The position numbers were made by a program, and so were the translations under genes. A DNA stretch of 64,000 bases, taken from positions 896,001-960,000 of the forward strand of contig JBMNFL010000001.1 of assembly GCA_050949315.1 (NCBI GenBank), written 5' to 3'. Numbering within the stretch: the stretch's first letter is position 1; every line of letters starts with the position of its first letter. A model generated the notes under the pieces. It had not been told where the DNA came from, ran no database searches, and was given only the letters and a program-made list of their open reading frames with translations. This DNA is from Bacilli bacterium. Its GTDB lineage: Bacteria; Bacillota_I; Bacilli_A; RFN20; UBA1709. Shown piece after piece: positions 61,061 through 64,000 of this stretch.

Positions 61061-61068
61061 CACCTTTC

Positions 61069-61299
61069 TTATTTAACAACTTCGACTCCGCAAACGCCAG
61101 GGACTTCATCCATGAGAATCATTTCGATGCCGCCATAGACGGTACTATCTTGTAGGGGGCAATCAACACAGGCACCTTTCATTCGAATTTTAACGATGCC
61201 ATCCTGATAACTGACAAATTCACAATCGCCACCTTCCCTTTGGATAAAGGGCCGGATTTTATCTAAAACTTCCTTAATTTGTTCTTCAATATTTTCCAT
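61069..61299 (-). CDS. NifU/Nfu-type Fe-S carrier protein
   Basis: IRPFIQREGGD, GACVDCP. Confidence 0.9.
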   Translation of the reverse strand: MENIEEQIKEVLDKIRPFIQREGGDCEFVSYQDGIVKIRMKGACVDCPLQDSTVYGGIEMILMDEVPGVCGVEVVK

Positions 61300-61390
61300 A
61301 ATACACCTCTATTAGTTTGTGTAGTCAGTATAGCATCTTGCACTAATTTCGTAAAGAAATTATAATCAAGAAAACACGATGGGGGATTCA

Positions 61391-63028
61391 ATGGCCAGAA
61401 TTTATCGAACAGGAGAAATCATTTACGGGATAGTTACCGGTTTTCAGCCTTATGGGGCTTTTGTCGAATTAAAGGATGGTGGCACGGGTTTAGTACACAT
61501 CTCTGAGATCTCGGCGGACTATGTTCGTAATATTGAGGATTATCTTAAATTAGGCGAGGAGACACTTTTTTATGTCATTGATTATGATGAAGAACGCGCC
61601 CACGCCCGTTTAAGCTTAAAGCGTTTAAGAAAAGAGGGAAGAAATAAAAGAAAGGCCGCCTTGTTTAAACGCAATAAGAAAGAACTAGATAAAAACAAGG
61701 ATCTTTTCCCCTTTATTTCCGAAATAGTAGATGAAATTTTAAAGAAAGAACAGGCTCAAAAAATGTTAAGTATTGATAAAAATTATTGTTTAAGAGATTT
61801 CGATTATCAAAATTATCAAAGTGAAATTGATAGGGTCGATGAATTAATTCGTAAGCGAACAGGACTTGGTGGGGATTTTTTAGGTTTCTTAGATTATGCC
61901 CATACTTTTGATGATAAAGAACTTTTAAGAATCCTGCGTTTAGCAGAAGAAATTCGTGGCAAATACGACACCTTTGTTGTCTGTGGTATCGGGGGTTCTT
62001 ATCTAGGGGCAAAAGCAGGCATTGAAATGCTTAAAACACCTAATTTTACTAATGATATAGAACTATTATTTTTAGGCAACACCTTTTCTTCTGACTATAC
62101 GAAAAACCTTTTAGAATATTTAGAGAGCCGTGATTTTGCTATCAATGTTATCTCTAAGAGTGGCTCAACCTTAGAAACCGCCATCGGCTTTCGTTTCCTA
62201 AGGGAGTTGCTAATCAAAAAATATGGCAAAGAAGAGAGTAGAAGACGCATTTTTATCACTACTGATAGTGAAAAAGGCGAGTTGCGAACTTTAAGCAACA
62301 GGGAAGGTTACACTTCTTTTGTAATACCCGATAATATTCAAGGTCGTTACTCGGTTTTCACTCCCGTCGGTCTTTTTCCTTTAGCAATAGCAGGTGTAGA
62401 TATCGCTAGTTTGTTACAGGGAGTAAGAAAAGCGATGCTTGATCTTGAAAGTAAAAGTGTCCAAGAAAATGCTGCTTATCAGTACGCTCTTTTAAGAAGA
62501 GAGTTAGCAAAAGAAAAAACGGTTGAACTTTTCGTCAGTTATGAACCCACTTTACTTTATTTTGCTGAATGGTGGAAACAACTATTTGGAGAGTCAGAAG
62601 GTAAAGAAGGAAAGGGTCTTTTCCCAGCCAGTGCTATCTATTCAACTGACTTACATTCTCTAGGACAATTTGTTCAAGATGGTAAAAAAACATTATTTGA
62701 AACCATGCTTTTATTTGATGAAAGCGCAGAGTTAGCTATTCCCGAACTGTCTGATGGTCAAAGTGTATTAGATAGACTTGAAGGAAGGGACTTAAGTTTT
62801 CTTAATAAAATTGTCAGCAAGGCGACTATTAAGGCCCATAATTTAGGGGGAGTTCCTATTATTTTACTGCGTTATCCCAAACGTGATGCCTTCGGCTTTG
62901 GTTACCTTTGTTATTTCTTTATGTTTAGTATTGTAGCTTCCGCTTATCTAATTGGGGTCAATCCCTGTGATCAGGAAGCGGTTGAGGTCTATAAAAAAGA
63001 AATAAAGAAGTTATTAAGTGAAGATTAA
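61391..63028 (+). CDS. pgi: S1 RNA-binding domain fused to glucose-6-phosphate isomerase
   Basis: S1 part: VTGFQPYGAFV, GLVHISEI. Pgi part from about Met 61763: GIGGSYLG, SKSGSTLE, GRYSV, QLFGESEGK, DLHSLGQ. One continuous frame. Confidence 0.85.
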   Translation: MARIYRTGEIIYGIVTGFQPYGAFVELKDGGTGLVHISEISADYVRNIEDYLKLGEETLFYVIDYDEERAHARLSLKRLRKEGRNKRKAALFKRNKKELDKNKDLFPFISEIVDEILKKEQAQKMLSIDKNYCLRDFDYQNYQSEIDRVDELIRKRTGLGGDFLGFLDYAHTFDDKELLRILRLAEEIRGKYDTFVVCGIGGSYLGAKAGIEMLKTPNFTNDIELLFLGNTFSSDYTKNLLEYLESRDFAINVISKSGSTLETAIGFRFLRELLIKKYGKEESRRRIFITTDSEKGELRTLSNREGYTSFVIPDNIQGRYSVFTPVGLFPLAIAGVDIASLLQGVRKAMLDLESKSVQENAAYQYALLRRELAKEKTVELFVSYEPTLLYFAEWWKQLFGESEGKEGKGLFPASAIYSTDLHSLGQFVQDGKKTLFETMLLFDESAELAIPELSDGQSVLDRLEGRDLSFLNKIVSKATIKAHNLGGVPIILLRYPKRDAFGFGYLCYFFMFSIVASAYLIGVNPCDQEAVEVYKKEIKKLLSED

Positions 63029-63051
63029 AATAAAAAAAATTCCTGACTGAT

Positions 63052-63777
63052 TTAGGAATTTTTTATTTTGTCTTGAAGTTTTTTATAAGTTTTTTCATCA
63101 AACCACGAAGCTTTTAAAGGACAGATTGAGATATAACCATTGGCAAAAGCATAGACATCACTATCTTCGGGGGCATCTTTAAAATCTTCATGGCGATCGG
63201 TATAGTATTTACCATCTTTTTCCCAATAATAGAAACCATCGGCTTTTCTAAATTCTTTACAAAGCCTTAAGCCCTTAGATTTATTGAATTTTTTCAAGGG
63301 GAAATTAATATTTAGACACCAAGAAGTACTTAAAAGTTGATGTTTAAAAACATACTCTATTACGGTTTTAACTTCTTTTTTAACGATATCAAAATGCTCA
63401 TAATCGGTAGAGATAGCCATACTTGGCAGAGAGTGATTTAAACCTTCAATGGCGGCGGCGACCGTACCAGAATAAAGACTATCATAAGAAATATTAGGAC
63501 CATTATTACAACCACTGACTAGCAAGTCAAATTTCACATCAAAGATTTGGGTTGCTAATAAGATGACATCAACTGGTGTCCCATCAATAGAGTAAGTATA
63601 ATCATCGTGTTTAGTTACTGTAAAGCCCCGATTTAAAGAAAAATGGGTACCAACACCACTTTGTTGCGAAAAGGGGGCAATTAAATAGACAGTGCCAAAA
63701 TCCTTGAGTATTTCCTGTAAAATTTTAATTCCTGTGGCGTTATAACCATCATCATTTGTTAATAAGATATTCATCAT
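63052..63777 (-). CDS. surE: 5'/3'-nucleotidase SurE
   Basis: ILLTNDDG, GTPVD, SGCNNG, YSGTVAAA. Confidence 0.95.
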   Translation of the reverse strand: MMNILLTNDDGYNATGIKILQEILKDFGTVYLIAPFSQQSGVGTHFSLNRGFTVTKHDDYTYSIDGTPVDVILLATQIFDVKFDLLVSGCNNGPNISYDSLYSGTVAAAIEGLNHSLPSMAISTDYEHFDIVKKEVKTVIEYVFKHQLLSTSWCLNINFPLKKFNKSKGLRLCKEFRKADGFYYWEKDGKYYTDRHEDFKDAPEDSDVYAFANGYISICPLKASWFDEKTYKKLQDKIKNS

Positions 63778-63797
63778 TTACTCCGTTTTTTAAAAAA

Positions 63798-63873
63798 TGG
63801 CTGGGGCACCTGGATTCGAACCGGGGAAATGGTAGAGTCAGAGTCTACTGCCTTACCGCTTGGCTATGCCCCA
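63798..63873 (-). tRNA. tRNA-Gln(CTG)
   Basis: TGGGGCATAGCCAAGCGGTAAGGC...GTAGA-CTCTGAC-TCTAC...GGTTCGAATCC...GCCCCAGCCA. Confidence 0.92.
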
Positions 63874-64000
63874 AAACAACAACATTATGGTAGCATAAAT
63901 AAAAGTGTTTGGAAAGATAAAACAATCTCGCTATCGAAATAACGATCTTAATTGTCAAGACATATGTTACACTTTGAGAAATATTCTGTTACAACTTGAT

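Noticed and set aside
447-62298. Numerous short antisense or overlapping ORFs in the track (e.g. 598-927, 2094-2528, 6390-6770, 9198-9563, 32450-32857, 49861-50175)
   Set aside because: Shadows of well-supported genes, with no RBS or motif evidence.
1-64000. Mollicute genetic code 4 (TGA = Trp)
   Set aside because: Long conserved genes are open under code 11 with TGG for Trp, and TGA ends the glycosyltransferase at 61058-61060.

Overview
Chromosomal window from a low-GC Bacillota genome. Gene order and lineage-type inserts in RpoC suggest a small-genome Bacilli or Erysipelotrichia-like lineage (inference); genetic code 11 is used. 1-~3686 is the right end of a more GC-rich integrated element (Cys-rich ORF tail, small SHOCT-like ORF, two large serine recombinases). 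It abuts, and apparently decapitates, a SipW-class (TasA/camelysin-type) secreted-protein gene. Next come an intact paralogue, a c-di-GMP-I riboswitch and a tightly coupled operon: sipW, membrane-anchored McrB-like AAA+ NTPase, DUF2357/McrC-like protein with no visible nuclease, a second sipW, and two membrane GGDEF-EAL proteins with degenerate GGDEF motifs. This module is the best candidate for an undescribed system: a c-di-GMP-controlled fibre or adhesin export locus that appears to have co-opted an McrBC-like motor. The rest is mostly housekeeping: csp, ychF, uppP, folT with THF riboswitch, ung, thiT with TPP riboswitch, whiA-prfA-prmC, three tRNAs, cdaA-guaB-guaA, T-box-cysS-rlmB-sigH, rpmG-secE-nusG, rplKAJL and rpoBC. 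Other oddities: a Bacteroides-like serine palmitoyltransferase plus SDR pair (possible sphingolipid synthesis), a 1425-aa six-repeat membrane protein, a GuaA lacking its glutaminase domain, an S1-Pgi fusion and a frameshifted patB start. All assignments come from motif reading by eye; no database searches were run.
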